The notes under the pieces are model-generated. The model saw only the letters and a program-made list of their open reading frames with translations, was not told the DNA's origin and searched no databases. The position numbers were made by a program, and so were the translations under genes. This document shows positions 1 through 9,363 of a stretch of 64,000 nt of DNA, one piece after another. How positions within the stretch are numbered: the stretch's first letter is position 1; every line of letters starts with the position of its first letter. Source of the DNA: Marinicella sp. (lineage in GTDB: Bacteria; Pseudomonadota; Gammaproteobacteria; Xanthomonadales; Marinicellaceae); NCBI GenBank assembly GCA_965230295.1, contig OZ246001.1:2304001-2368000 (forward strand). Direction: 5' to 3'.

Positions 1-1
1 A

Positions 2-2548
2 TCCAATCCTGACAGTGATTTTACCTTGCTTGAATTAAACCAGACACCTCCTGATCATTATGGTGTGGTGTATACAGGGTGGGACCGATCAGCTGGCATT
101 CCGTCAGGTGTTGTATCAATCCATCACCCAGCAGGGCATGCCAAGCGCATCAGCATCGAAAATGATCCGCTGACCATCACAGGGCGTGGCAGTGTCTTCC
201 CTGGCAATCAAGGCTATTTCAGGATTGGAGACTGGGATGTGGGAACCACTGAGGGCGGTTCTTCAGGAGGCGGTTTGTGGAATTCTGACCAGTTACTGGT
301 TGGACAGCTTTTTGGAGGGTTGGCTGCTTGTGGGAATGATGAAGCTGATTGGTATGGGCGTTTTCACACTTCCTGGGATAATGGCAGCGATGCCCAATCC
401 CGATTAAGTGATTGGTTGGATCCGCAGAACACGGGCCAAATAACGTTAGGCAGTTCAGAAGGCTGTGAGGCACCGACTGTGTCTATCGTCAACAATTCCA
501 GCAACCAAGTGGGGGACAATTTGACCTTCACAGCCCAAGCCAGTGGCGGTGCCGGTAATTACACCTTTATTTGGGACATCGATGGAGATGGCGTGGCTGA
601 TGACAGTGGCAGCAGCATCCAAGCGAACTACAACCAATCATACGTGGGTAACATCAATGTTACAGTTACTGATGCAGATAATTGTCAAGGCAGAGGATCA
701 CAAGCGGTGGTGATAGAAGCTGCCAATATTCAGTTGGAGGAAGTGGTTAACATCCGTGAAAATCTGGATCAAATCTGTGGCAATAACGACAACGTGATTG
801 ATCCGGGTGAGCGCTGGACCACTTTGCTACAAGCGCGGAATACTGGCGGAGTCACTGGCACGGATGCTTATTTAGCCATGGGAAAAAGTCGCCAAGCTGA
901 TATTGAAGGGATCAATGACAGTTTTGGCAATGTGGCCACCAGTTGTAACCGACTGTTCATTGACATCTCCAGCACTGGGACCATGATGCCTTGGGAGTCA
1001 GCCAATGTTGGCAACACCAATGCAGAAGATGAAGGTTCGGTTTTGATTCAATTGGCAAATCCGTTCCAACATTATGGTGAAACGGTCACTCAGGTCCGGG
1101 CCTCGACCAATGGTTTCATCAGCACTTCATCGAATGCCACGGGTGGCGATTGGGACAACGACTGTCCATTGCCCCAAACACCAGACAAAGACAATGAAGG
1201 AGCCAGAATTGCAGTGATGCATGATGACTTGAGAGATGCCACTTTTTACCACCAGTCTTTCAACAGCTGTCCAAGGCCATCTGATACCGGTGGTGATTTG
1301 GCTTGTGAAGTGTTTATGTGGCAGTCAGCTGATTTGTGGGACACCATGTCGACGGTTGAAAATTATGATATACAGGCCATTTTGTATCCGGCCACTTCAC
1401 AATGGGTTTATCAATATGGTGGTTCTGGTTTTAATGGATCTGGGGCCAGCGTAGGTATGCAAAATGAAGCGGCGACCGATGGTTTGAATTATGCCTGTAA
1501 CAGCAGCAATGGCATCAACACCACCGAAGCTGTCTGTTTATTTAACAGGGATCATAAACCTTCATCTGATGGTGCGCCTTTTGTCATGTTAGAAAGCCCA
1601 GTGATCAGTATAGGTGACATGGATGTGAATGAAGCCCAAAGTGGATCACTTGACTTTGCCATTGCAGAAGACGCCACCTGTGGCACCCAATTTGCGATTG
1701 ATCACCAGGCTTCTGTTTTCGATGAAGGATTCAATACAGGTCAAAACAATGTGTTCAATGCTGAAGTGGGGAACAATGGACAATGTCGAGTTGTTACCAA
1801 CTGCGGGGTGGGCAGCAGCACCAGTTTCTCCAGCAATGACATACAAGTCAGACCTGGTTTGTGGTGGAACCCAAGCCGCAATGGCAATGGCTTTGATTGG
1901 TACAATATAAACCAAAGAAGTTTGGTTTATAATTTTTATACTGGAGAAAAAACAGGCGAACCTGTTTGGTACTTGGCCAATGATACAGACTCAAAACACA
2001 ACCAATATTACAACAATATTTTCAGGTTTGAAGCCCCAGGAGGTTTTGGTAATGGTGAATTAAGTCCGGATAATGTTGGCTGGTCGAACACCACTTTTAT
2101 TGATGATTCCAATGCCATCCAAGTGAGAACCATCAAAGGTGATCTCAGTGCTGAGAAATTGTATTTTCTGCAATATGGTGCCAATGAAACCCCCAATTAT
2201 CACACTGGCTTATATTTCACACCCAGTGAAAATGGCTGGGGACATTCGGTAGGTACATTAGGTAATTCCCGTGTGGTGGTCACTTACCTGTACAGGGACG
2301 ATGGTCAACCTTATTGGACGATTGCCAGTGGGCCCAATAACTCATCGTTGTTTGATGTGTATTATTTCAATACATTTTGCCCAAGTTGTCCAGCAACCAA
2401 CACACCTGGAGAGGTGGTTGGCAGTCTCAGCCTGAACCTAAACAACGGAACTGATGGGACATTGACCCAGTTCAATGTGGTGCATGACATGATTAATTGG
2501 ACACGCAGTAATTTACCCGTGGTGAATTTACTCTCACCGCAGAATTAA
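2..2548 (+). CDS. Secreted lysyl-endopeptidase-like (Achromobacter protease I type, trypsin-like S1) serine protease with PKD domain and C-terminal repeat domain; 5'-truncated by the window
   Basis: The frame is open from base 2 (SNPDSDFTLLEL, catalytic Asp region). It contains IHHPAG, TTEGGSSGG (catalytic Ser), GQLFGG and YGRF..SW motifs, a PKD-like FIWDIDGDG segment, and C-terminal GLWWNPSRNGNG / GLYFTPSENGWG repeats. Confidence 0.85.
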   Translation, partial: SNPDSDFTLLELNQTPPDHYGVVYTGWDRSAGIPSGVVSIHHPAGHAKRISIENDPLTITGRGSVFPGNQGYFRIGDWDVGTTEGGSSGGGLWNSDQLLVGQLFGGLAACGNDEADWYGRFHTSWDNGSDAQSRLSDWLDPQNTGQITLGSSEGCEAPTVSIVNNSSNQVGDNLTFTAQASGGAGNYTFIWDIDGDGVADDSGSSIQANYNQSYVGNINVTVTDADNCQGRGSQAVVIEAANIQLEEVVNIRENLDQICGNNDNVIDPGERWTTLLQARNTGGVTGTDAYLAMGKSRQADIEGINDSFGNVATSCNRLFIDISSTGTMMPWESANVGNTNAEDEGSVLIQLANPFQHYGETVTQVRASTNGFISTSSNATGGDWDNDCPLPQTPDKDNEGARIAVMHDDLRDATFYHQSFNSCPRPSDTGGDLACEVFMWQSADLWDTMSTVENYDIQAILYPATSQWVYQYGGSGFNGSGASVGMQNEAATDGLNYACNSSNGINTTEAVCLFNRDHKPSSDGAPFVMLESPVISIGDMDVNEAQSGSLDFAIAEDATCGTQFAIDHQASVFDEGFNTGQNNVFNAEVGNNGQCRVVTNCGVGSSTSFSSNDIQVRPGLWWNPSRNGNGFDWYNINQRSLVYNFYTGEKTGEPVWYLANDTDSKHNQYYNNIFRFEAPGGFGNGELSPDNVGWSNTTFIDDSNAIQVRTIKGDLSAEKLYFLQYGANETPNYHTGLYFTPSENGWGHSVGTLGNSRVVVTYLYRDDGQPYWTIASGPNNSSLFDVYYFNTFCPSCPATNTPGEVVGSLSLNLNNGTDGTLTQFNVVHDMINWTRSNLPVVNLLSPQN

Positions 2549-2563
2549 AACTTACAACAAATA

Positions 2564-2588
2564 AGCCAACTGGTATAACACGTTGGCT
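2564..2588 (+). terminator. Hairpin, possible terminator after the protease gene
   Basis: agccaac-N11-gttggct inverted repeat about 15 nt after the stop; no clear U-tract. Confidence 0.35.
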
Positions 2589-2603
2589 CAAAGTGACCAC
2601 ATA

Positions 2604-2863
2604 TGGCTTCGACTCCGCTCAGCCAACGGTCAAGGAAGTCATGTTCTTCAATTTTCCGTTCACAATTTTAAGAGCTGTGCTTTATGAGCCCAGCTGATGT
2701 CGACTGAAGTCGACACTGCAGAATCGGTTATTGGCGCGTTGACTTCAGTCAACATTGCATCCCGGCATCGTTTTGTATTTGGAAATAAGTGCCACTGACC
2801 GCGTACTGAGCGCAGTTGATGTGCAGACCAATCAATAAAACCGGTTTCGACTTCGTTCAGCCA
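2604..2863. repeat. Cluster of REP-like palindromes (families CTTCGACTCCGCTCAG and GTCGACTGAAGTCGAC)
   Basis: ggcttcgactccgctcagcc (2605), ctgagcgcagttgatgtg (2806), ggtttcgacttcgttcagcc (2843); gtcgactgaagtcgac (2699) with inverted gttgacttcagtcaac (2738). The same motifs recur at 4155-4211 and 33605-33790. Confidence 0.75.
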
Positions 2864-2868
2864 AAGAA

Positions 2869-3756
2869 TCAATCAATTGGTTTTTTATAGGGTTTGGAAC
2901 CATCCGCCTGGATGCTGAACCGCTTGTAAGTCCATTGGTATTGGCAGGGGTTGATGTTGACCATTTCCTCAATCACCTGGTTCATGGTGGCAACTGATTC
3001 ATCTAAATTCAAATAAATGGAGTTTGGAGCCAATTTGAAATGTAAGTCGAAACCTTGTCCTTCAGGTAACCGCTCAGCGACAGCAAACACAACAGGGACC
3101 CGGGTTTTGATGGCCACTTTGCTGAATAAAGTCATGGTGTAGGCATCCTGTCGCATGAATGGTGCATACACACCTTGCCCGCTTTTCGGTTGTTGATCAG
3201 GTAATATGGCCAGGATGTGTTTCTGTTTCAATACCTTAAATACCTGGCGAACACCTTTGGCATCAGCCGTGATTTGGTTGGCGCCACCGGAGCCACGGTA
3301 TTTAAGTAATAACTGCTCTATTTTAGGATCTGTGGGGGGTTTGTAAAGGAAAGAAAACCCAGGATGTTTTGACAACCAAAGGTTCAAAACCTCCCAGTTT
3401 CCAAAGTGAGGTGCGGCCAACAACAACCCGGATTTTTTTTTCAGTGCATCTTCGAAAACTTCAAGACCATGGATGTTCTGTATGATGGCATCAATGTCAT
3501 TGCTGTATTTTTTCCAAACCAGGCCCAGCTCAAACATGGATTTGACGGTCTCGACCAAACTGTCTTTGGCCAGTTGTTGTTGTTCAGGTTCATCCAAATT
3601 CGGGTAACACAGTTGGATGTTGGTGGTGGTGATGCGCCGTTGCTTTTCTGACCAGCGCCACACCAGGCGGGCCATGAATGCAGCCCAATTGTGGGATGTC
3701 TTTAATGACAACCAGTTACTGATGTGAACAATAAATTGGAATAAGAAGGCTCGCAT
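2869..3756 (-). CDS. lpxL: Lipid A lauroyl/lysophospholipid acyltransferase (LpxL/HtrB family)
   Basis: HFGNWE (HX4D/E), ILPDQ and PCQYQWTYKRF motifs. Confidence 0.8.
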   Translation of the reverse strand: MRAFLFQFIVHISNWLSLKTSHNWAAFMARLVWRWSEKQRRITTTNIQLCYPNLDEPEQQQLAKDSLVETVKSMFELGLVWKKYSNDIDAIIQNIHGLEVFEDALKKKSGLLLAAPHFGNWEVLNLWLSKHPGFSFLYKPPTDPKIEQLLLKYRGSGGANQITADAKGVRQVFKVLKQKHILAILPDQQPKSGQGVYAPFMRQDAYTMTLFSKVAIKTRVPVVFAVAERLPEGQGFDLHFKLAPNSIYLNLDESVATMNQVIEEMVNINPCQYQWTYKRFSIQADGSKPYKKPID

Positions 3757-3821
3757 CAGCGTATTTTATAGGAAAAAGTTTACAGTTGAAGATTAATGTC
3801 ATGATCAATGGTTTTACAGAC

Positions 3822-3855
3822 AAAAAAAACCGCCATTCAATGAAGAACAGCGGTT
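3822..3855 (-). terminator. Rho-independent terminator of the minus-strand sRNA
   Basis: The minus strand reads aaccgctgttc-ttcatt-gaatggcggtt followed by a run of T. Confidence 0.8.
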
Positions 3856-4045
3856 AATTCACGGGGACTCCAAACACAAAATCCCCTCATCCTTTATTCC
3901 CGAGTTTGGTACTTCATGTACCTGATCATCACTCCTTGTCAACAACCATTGGAACCAGTTCCCTGATTCCTCCTTCGTGTGCCTCATTGGCAGGTAAGTC
4001 ATGATGTCAAGTCCTTGGTGACTTACTTAATCCCTGGAAGTATTG
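3822..4045 (-). ncRNA. CsrB/RsmY/RsmZ-like CsrA-sequestering sRNA (putative; 5' end uncertain, could extend to ~4082)
   Basis: 10 GGA motifs in ~165 nt on the minus strand, several in hairpin loops (tactt-ccAGGGAtt-aagta, gtca-ccAAGGAct-tgac, ggaatcag-GGAA-ctggttcc, gac-AAGGA-gtg). No ORF in the track, 3' terminator present, upstream GacA-like box. Confidence 0.75.
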
Positions 4046-4090
4046 TGTTCTATTGGGATGCTGAAATCTGTCCATAGATTCTGAAAGCTT

Positions 4091-4108
4091 TGTAAGAAAA
4101 TGACTACA
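4091..4108. promoter_or_regulatory. GacA/UvrY-type upstream activating sequence for the sRNA
   Basis: TGTAAG-aaaatg-ACTACA versus consensus TGTAAG-N6-CTTACA, about 50-65 bp upstream of the first GGA hairpin. Confidence 0.6.
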
Positions 4109-4154
4109 AGTACTTTTCGTAGTTGATTGAGTTTTTTTGCAAGTATTAAAACGG

Positions 4155-4211
4155 TGACTGAAGTCAACGCTCCGAGGAAATTGTCGGTATGCCGACTTCA
4201 GCCGACATCAG
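4155..4211. repeat. REP-like doublet (GACTGAAGTC family), inverted copy of 2694-2750
   Basis: gactgaagtcaacgc...gccgacttcagccgacatcag matches the reverse complement of the doublet at 2694-2750. Confidence 0.7.
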
Positions 4212-4292
4212 ATGAGCGTATAGCTCGGTTCATCAATGACTGGCGATCAGGCAAGCATGCAATGGGGATCATTCAATTTGAGTTGATGCCGA

Positions 4293-4520
4293 TCAGGACT
4301 CGGCGCTGCCTGATGATTGATTGTCAGACGATTTTGATTTGTTTTTAAAATCCGTTTCATACCAGCCAGTGCCTTTCAAACGAAAACCGGCGGCCGATAC
4401 TTTTTTCACCAAGCTGGCTGTGTCACAGCTGGGACAATCAGTCAAAGCAGCATCTGACATTTTCTGAAGTTTTTCTAATTCATGACCGCAATCTTGGCAT
4501 TGGTATTCATAAATTGGCAT
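4293..4520 (-). CDS. FmdB family zinc-ribbon protein
   Basis: MPIYEYQCQDCGH...CPSC...GFRLKGTGWYETDF signature. Confidence 0.92.
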   Translation of the reverse strand: MPIYEYQCQDCGHELEKLQKMSDAALTDCPSCDTASLVKKVSAAGFRLKGTGWYETDFKNKSKSSDNQSSGSAES

Positions 4521-4548
4521 GGTTCAATCCTGTACTGGTAAAAAGAAA

Positions 4549-4578
4549 TCACAGGGTGATGGTTTGTTCACCCTGTGA
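4549..4578 (-). terminator. Hairpin/terminator downstream of clpB
   Basis: tcacagggtga-N8-tcaccctgtga, 11-bp perfect stem, followed on the minus strand by tttcttttt. Confidence 0.65.
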
Positions 4579-4589
4579 GGTTGCGTCCC

Positions 4590-7172
4590 TTAGTGGGGTT
4601 GCTTGGCGGTAAATTCAAGTTGTTGGTCCACTAAATTCACATCGATGATACTGCCAGGTGGAAATTCGCCGGACAACAGGTGTGATGCCAGCGGATTCTC
4701 CAACTCATCTTGGATGGCCCGTTTCAATGGTCTGGCGCCATAAACCGGATCAAAACCAACACTGCCCAAGAAGTTCAAAGCCTCATCACTGATTTGTAAA
4801 TGCAAATCGCGAGTGGCTAAACGTTTGGTGACTTTGTTGATCTGGATCTTGGCAATCAAACGAATGTGTTCCTGTTTCAAGGGATGGAACACCACGATGT
4901 CATCCACGCGGTTGATGAATTCAGGCCTGAAATGTGAACCCACCACGGTCATCACCGAATCTTTGATTTCTTTGTAAGGGTCATTGATCTTACTTTGAAT
5001 GATGTCAGAGCCCAGATTTGAAGTCATGATGATCACGGTGTTTTTGAAATCAACTGTGCGACCTTGACCATCGGTTAGGCGACCGTCATCCAACACCTGT
5101 AACAACACATTGAACACATCTGGGTGGGCTTTTTCCACTTCATCCAACAAGATCAATGAATAGGGCTTGCGTCTGACAGCTTCAGTCAAGTATCCACCTT
5201 GGTCATAGCCCACATAGCCTGGGGGCGCGCCAATCAAGCGTGCCACCGAATGTTTTTCCATAAACTCGGACATGTCCAGACGAATGATCGAATCTTCGGT
5301 ATCAAACATAAACTCTGCCAAAGCTTTACACAATTCAGTTTTACCCACACCTGTGGGACCTAAAAACATGAATGATCCAATGGGTCTGTTCGGGTCGGCC
5401 AATCCAGAACGTGAGCGTCTGATGGCATCTGATACTGATTTCACAGCTTCTTCCTGCCCGATCAAACGCTTGTGGATCGCTGTTTCCATCTGCAACAATT
5501 TTTCTTTTTCACCTTCCATCATTTTGGTCACAGGAATGCCAGTCCACATCGAAACGATTTCTGCAATTTCAGCTTCAGTGACTTTGTTGCGCAGTAACTT
5601 GAATTGGCTCATATCAACTTCAGTGGCTTGGGCAATTTGTTTTTCCAGTTCAGGAATTTTCCCGTATTGCAGCTCTGACATCTTGGCCAGGTCACCAGAT
5701 CGCTTGGCCACTTCAAAGGCCGCCTTGGCATCTTCCAGTTCTTCTTTCAGGTGAGTGGTGCCTTGAACTGCCGCCTTCTCACTGTTCCAGATTTCCTCAA
5801 GATCAGAGTATTCACGTTCCAGTGTTTCAATGTTGCTTTCTAACTCAGCCTGGCGTTTTTTCGAGGCTTTGTCTTTTTCCCGCAACAAAGATTCACGTTC
5901 CATTTTCAGTTGGATCAGCTTGCGATCGAGCTTGTCCATTTTGTCTGGCTTGGAATCAATTTCCATGCGGATGCGGCTGGCGGCTTCATCCATTAAGTCG
6001 ATGGCTTTATCTGGCAAATTTCTGTCAGTGATGTATCGGTGTGACAAGGTGGCTGCTGCAATGATGGCAGGATCGGTGATTTCCACCGCATGATGCACTT
6101 CATAGCGTTCGTTCAGGCCGCGCAATATCGCAATGGTGTCTTCCACAGATGGCTCTTCAACCAGCACTTTCTGGAAGCGCCGTTCCAAAGCTTTGTCTTT
6201 TTCAATGTGTTGGCGGTATTCATCCAGGGTGGTGGCACCAATACAATGCAGTTCGCCACGGGCCAAGGCAGGTTTGAGCATGTTGCCGGCATCCATGGCA
6301 CCTTCGGCCGCACCGGCCCCTACCATGGTGTGAAGTTCATCAATGAATAAGATCACTTGCCCTTCTTGTTTACTCAAATCATTGAGTAATGATTTGAGCC
6401 GTTCTTCAAATTCGCCACGGTACTTAGCACCAGCAATCAAAGCACCCAAATCCAAGGACAACAGTCGTTTGCCCTTGACACCTTCTGGTACTTCATTGTT
6501 GACAATGCGTTGGGCCAATCCTTCCACAATGGCGGTCTTACCCACGCCAGGCTCACCAATAATCACAGGATTGTTCTTGGTGCGACGTTGTAAGATTTGA
6601 ATGGTACGCCTGATCTCAGCATCGCGGCCAATGATCGGATCCATTTTAGATTGTTCAGCCCGGGCGGTTAAATCGATGGTGTATTTTTCCAAAGCCTGAC
6701 GATTTTCTTCAGCGCCTTGGTCATCCACACTGCTGCCACCACGGATTTCATCGATGGTTTGTTCGATCGAATCACGCTGCGCCCCAGCCTTTTTCAGTAA
6801 CTGGGCTGTGGTGTCGTTCGAATCCAACAAGGCCAAAGCGAACAATTCGCTTGCAATGTATTGGTCTTCTCGTTGTTGTGCCAATTTATCGGCCAGGTTC
6901 AAAACTTTGACCAAGTTGTTTGACAAGTTAACTTGACCGGTGTTGTTGCCAATCACCGGCATCATTTCGATGGTTTCATCGATGCTTTTTCGCAGCAAGT
7001 TGATGTTCACACCAGATTTCATCAACACATGTTTCATCGATGAATTTTCCTGGTTCAATAAAGCCGACAATACATGGGCCGACTCAATCACGTTGTGATC
7101 TTTACCCACGGCGATAGACTGTGCTTCGTTCAGTGCTTGCTGGAAATTGGTGGTTAATTTATTAAAGTTCAT
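4590..7172 (-). CDS. clpB: ATP-dependent chaperone ClpB
   Basis: Two AAA+ modules ([16 protein letters not shown]), middle coiled coil, Clp N-domain; likely start MNFNKLTT at 7172. Confidence 0.98.
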   Translation of the reverse strand: MNFNKLTTNFQQALNEAQSIAVGKDHNVIESAHVLSALLNQENSSMKHVLMKSGVNINLLRKSIDETIEMMPVIGNNTGQVNLSNNLVKVLNLADKLAQQREDQYIASELFALALLDSNDTTAQLLKKAGAQRDSIEQTIDEIRGGSSVDDQGAEENRQALEKYTIDLTARAEQSKMDPIIGRDAEIRRTIQILQRRTKNNPVIIGEPGVGKTAIVEGLAQRIVNNEVPEGVKGKRLLSLDLGALIAGAKYRGEFEERLKSLLNDLSKQEGQVILFIDELHTMVGAGAAEGAMDAGNMLKPALARGELHCIGATTLDEYRQHIEKDKALERRFQKVLVEEPSVEDTIAILRGLNERYEVHHAVEITDPAIIAAATLSHRYITDRNLPDKAIDLMDEAASRIRMEIDSKPDKMDKLDRKLIQLKMERESLLREKDKASKKRQAELESNIETLEREYSDLEEIWNSEKAAVQGTTHLKEELEDAKAAFEVAKRSGDLAKMSELQYGKIPELEKQIAQATEVDMSQFKLLRNKVTEAEIAEIVSMWTGIPVTKMMEGEKEKLLQMETAIHKRLIGQEEAVKSVSDAIRRSRSGLADPNRPIGSFMFLGPTGVGKTELCKALAEFMFDTEDSIIRLDMSEFMEKHSVARLIGAPPGYVGYDQGGYLTEAVRRKPYSLILLDEVEKAHPDVFNVLLQVLDDGRLTDGQGRTVDFKNTVIIMTSNLGSDIIQSKINDPYKEIKDSVMTVVGSHFRPEFINRVDDIVVFHPLKQEHIRLIAKIQINKVTKRLATRDLHLQISDEALNFLGSVGFDPVYGARPLKRAIQDELENPLASHLLSGEFPPGSIIDVNLVDQQLEFTAKQPH

Positions 7173-7203
7173 AATTTCCAATTATATTTTTAGATTGGCA
7201 TTT

Positions 7204-7231
7204 AAATGGGGGTCGTTCTGTATTTTTCAAA
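7204..7231 (-). promoter_or_regulatory. Sigma32 (RpoH) promoter of clpB
   Basis: Minus strand TTGAAA-N13-CCCCATTT, matching the RpoH consensus. Confidence 0.85.
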
Positions 7232-7400
7232 TCTGCTTATTTGTTTCCTTGAAACATGAAATCAGTGTATTTTGATGACCAGATAAATATTAATCATTTT
7301 TTAACAGTTCTGTTTTTCTGCAAAAAACGTTGCGTTCCTGTCTTGTGGTGATAATTTGCACATCCTATAATTATCTTAATCAAGAAAACACAACCAATTC

Positions 7401-8228
7401 ATGCCATGGATCAGCAAAGCAGACAGGGCTCATTTTAAAAAATACGGATACCTGGTCGTAAAAAATGTGGTGCCAAAGCATTTGATTCAACCAGCTCGCG
7501 AGGAAATTGCAACAACCGTCAATGCCCGTTTGGATGACCCCACTTCCTGGTATCAGGGTGATCTGCGCAATGATGGTATTGTTCCCGTTCATCACCTGCA
7601 ATCCTTGTGGAACATCAGACAAGACCCACAGGTGTTTGCCATGTTTGCTGAGTTTTGGGGTCAAGACAGCCACCTATATACCGATTTCAATCGCTGTTGT
7701 TTCAGACCTCCTAATCATGATGATTATCCAGAATTGAGTTTGGGTGAGATTCATTGGGATATTGACCCCAGGAGGGGCAGTGAAGGATGGATTCAAGGCA
7801 TCGTCTTATTAACTGACATCAAACCCAACACCGGTGGTTTTCAGTGCATCCCAGAGATATATCAGGACATCGATGAATGGATCAGGGTGAATGCCATGTC
7901 GGAAGATTTCAACCATTTTCAACCTGGTTTAGACACCCACCCAACTTTACAACTCAGTGGCCAGGCAGGGGATGTGATTTTGTGGTCAACCCTGTTACCT
8001 CATGGACCGGCAGTTAACCTGTCAAATGAGGTCAGGATTGCAGCCTTTGTGACCATCACGCCTGATAACAAGTTCGAGCAAAAAAGAGCAACCAGAAAAA
8101 GATGGATATTGGCAAAAAGGGCGCCAGCAAAGTGGCGCGGTTTGCCCCAACAACAAGACCCTGAACCAGGGCCAACAGTTAAATTAACTGAATTAGGAAA
8201 AAAATTAGCTGGCATCAATCCCTGGTGA
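7401..8228 (+). CDS. Phytanoyl-CoA dioxygenase (PhyH) family Fe/2OG oxygenase
   Basis: F..YGYLVVKNVV, HWD (HxD), GDVILW..LLPHG..N...R. Confidence 0.85.
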   Translation: MPWISKADRAHFKKYGYLVVKNVVPKHLIQPAREEIATTVNARLDDPTSWYQGDLRNDGIVPVHHLQSLWNIRQDPQVFAMFAEFWGQDSHLYTDFNRCCFRPPNHDDYPELSLGEIHWDIDPRRGSEGWIQGIVLLTDIKPNTGGFQCIPEIYQDIDEWIRVNAMSEDFNHFQPGLDTHPTLQLSGQAGDVILWSTLLPHGPAVNLSNEVRIAAFVTITPDNKFEQKRATRKRWILAKRAPAKWRGLPQQQDPEPGPTVKLTELGKKLAGINPW

Positions 8229-8976
8229 TGAATGTCCTGATTTCGCTGAAGTATATAGGTGACAGGTCCAAATCGTTGTGACCGGCATCGATGTTGGTAA
8301 CATGCAGCTGATTTTCCGGAATGGCTTGAATCAGTTTTTGTGTATGCGATGCTTTGATTACTTGGTCTTGGGTGGCCATCACCACCATGGTAGGTGCATT
8401 CAATTGATCCGCCCTGGCTGCTGAATCATAATGATCTTTGAGCAACCACTGCATGGGAAAGACCGGCAGCATGGATTGCGCGACGTTGCGGATGCTGTCA
8501 AAGGGTGTGACCAACACCAAATGATCGACCGGTCTTTGACTGGCCAAATAAGTGGCGACACCTGAGCCCAACGACCTGCCTATGACTTTCACCTGGTTGT
8601 GTTTGCCTTTGATTCGATCAAACAACGCCAAAGCATCAGCATACAAAGCTGTTTCGCTGGCAGATCCTGCTGCACCAGCATACCCTCGATATTTCATCAG
8701 GTAGGTGGTGTGTTGAGGAAACTCCTGAAAAAAATCTCCCGCGGTATAGGCCACATTCTCCGCATTGCCACCAAAGTACAAGATGGCGTTATCGGCTTGG
8801 TCATGGGTAACCAAAGCCTCAACATGGATGTCGCTGTTGAGAAATTTTAAGGTATTGAAGTTATGGGCAGTGGCCGCAGTCGGATAGTAGATCATGTTTC
8901 TTTGAAAGAGGTATAACAGTACACCCAACATCAGGTAAATGATCAACAATGATTTAAACAGACTGAGGTAATTCAT
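8215..8976 (-). CDS. Alpha/beta hydrolase (ABHD13/YfhR-like) with N-terminal membrane anchor
   Basis: YFGGNAE, YRGY, GRSLGSG nucleophile elbow, GHND. Confidence 0.88.
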   Translation of the reverse strand: MNYLSLFKSLLIIYLMLGVLLYLFQRNMIYYPTAATAHNFNTLKFLNSDIHVEALVTHDQADNAILYFGGNAENVAYTAGDFFQEFPQHTTYLMKYRGYAGAAGSASETALYADALALFDRIKGKHNQVKVIGRSLGSGVATYLASQRPVDHLVLVTPFDSIRNVAQSMLPVFPMQWLLKDHYDSAARADQLNAPTMVVMATQDQVIKASHTQKLIQAIPENQLHVTNIDAGHNDLDLSPIYFSEIRTFITRD

Positions 8977-9064
8977 GGTTTCATTGACTTATTGGTCTTG
9001 GTCAAGTTCTTATAGTTTACTTCAGAGCGGGTCGTAAAGGTGATTTCTGAACCCCCCAATGATT

Positions 9065-9156
9065 AAGCCACATGGAAGTGGTTAATGCTGAAAATTGTCG
9101 GGAACAATTTCAGTGAAGCCACATGGAAGTGGTTAATGCTGAAAATTGTCGGGAAC
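9065..9156 (+). repeat. Tandem direct repeat (41 identical bp, 51-bp period) made of GGA-loop hairpins
   Basis: aagccacatggaagtggttaatgctgaaaattgtcgggaac at 9065 and 9116. Confidence 0.9.
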
Positions 9157-9363
9157 TGTTTCTGTAAAGGAAAAAATAACATTTAAACCGACCTCGTCTC
9201 TGGCCATCAATTTTTTAACAATGGCTTCATTAAATCCTAATCAACGGCTCAATATAATCACACCGATAAGTTCAATAAAGTGCAATGGATTTTAAATAAT
9301 AAGTCCATCGTTTTTTGAGAATTACGTTAAATGAATAAACACAATAACAAGAGGATTTAAGAC

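Noticed and set aside
2660-2872. 70-aa minus-strand ORF (also 4127-4348, 23259-23465, 32107-32289)
   Set aside because: These run through REP palindromes and are probably spurious
5272-6936. Many antisense and alternate-frame ORFs inside clpB (and likewise in other long genes)
   Set aside because: Shadow ORFs of codon-biased genes, with no motifs or RBS
9065-9156. Possible CRISPR array
   Set aside because: Only two units, a 10-bp spacer, and no cas genes
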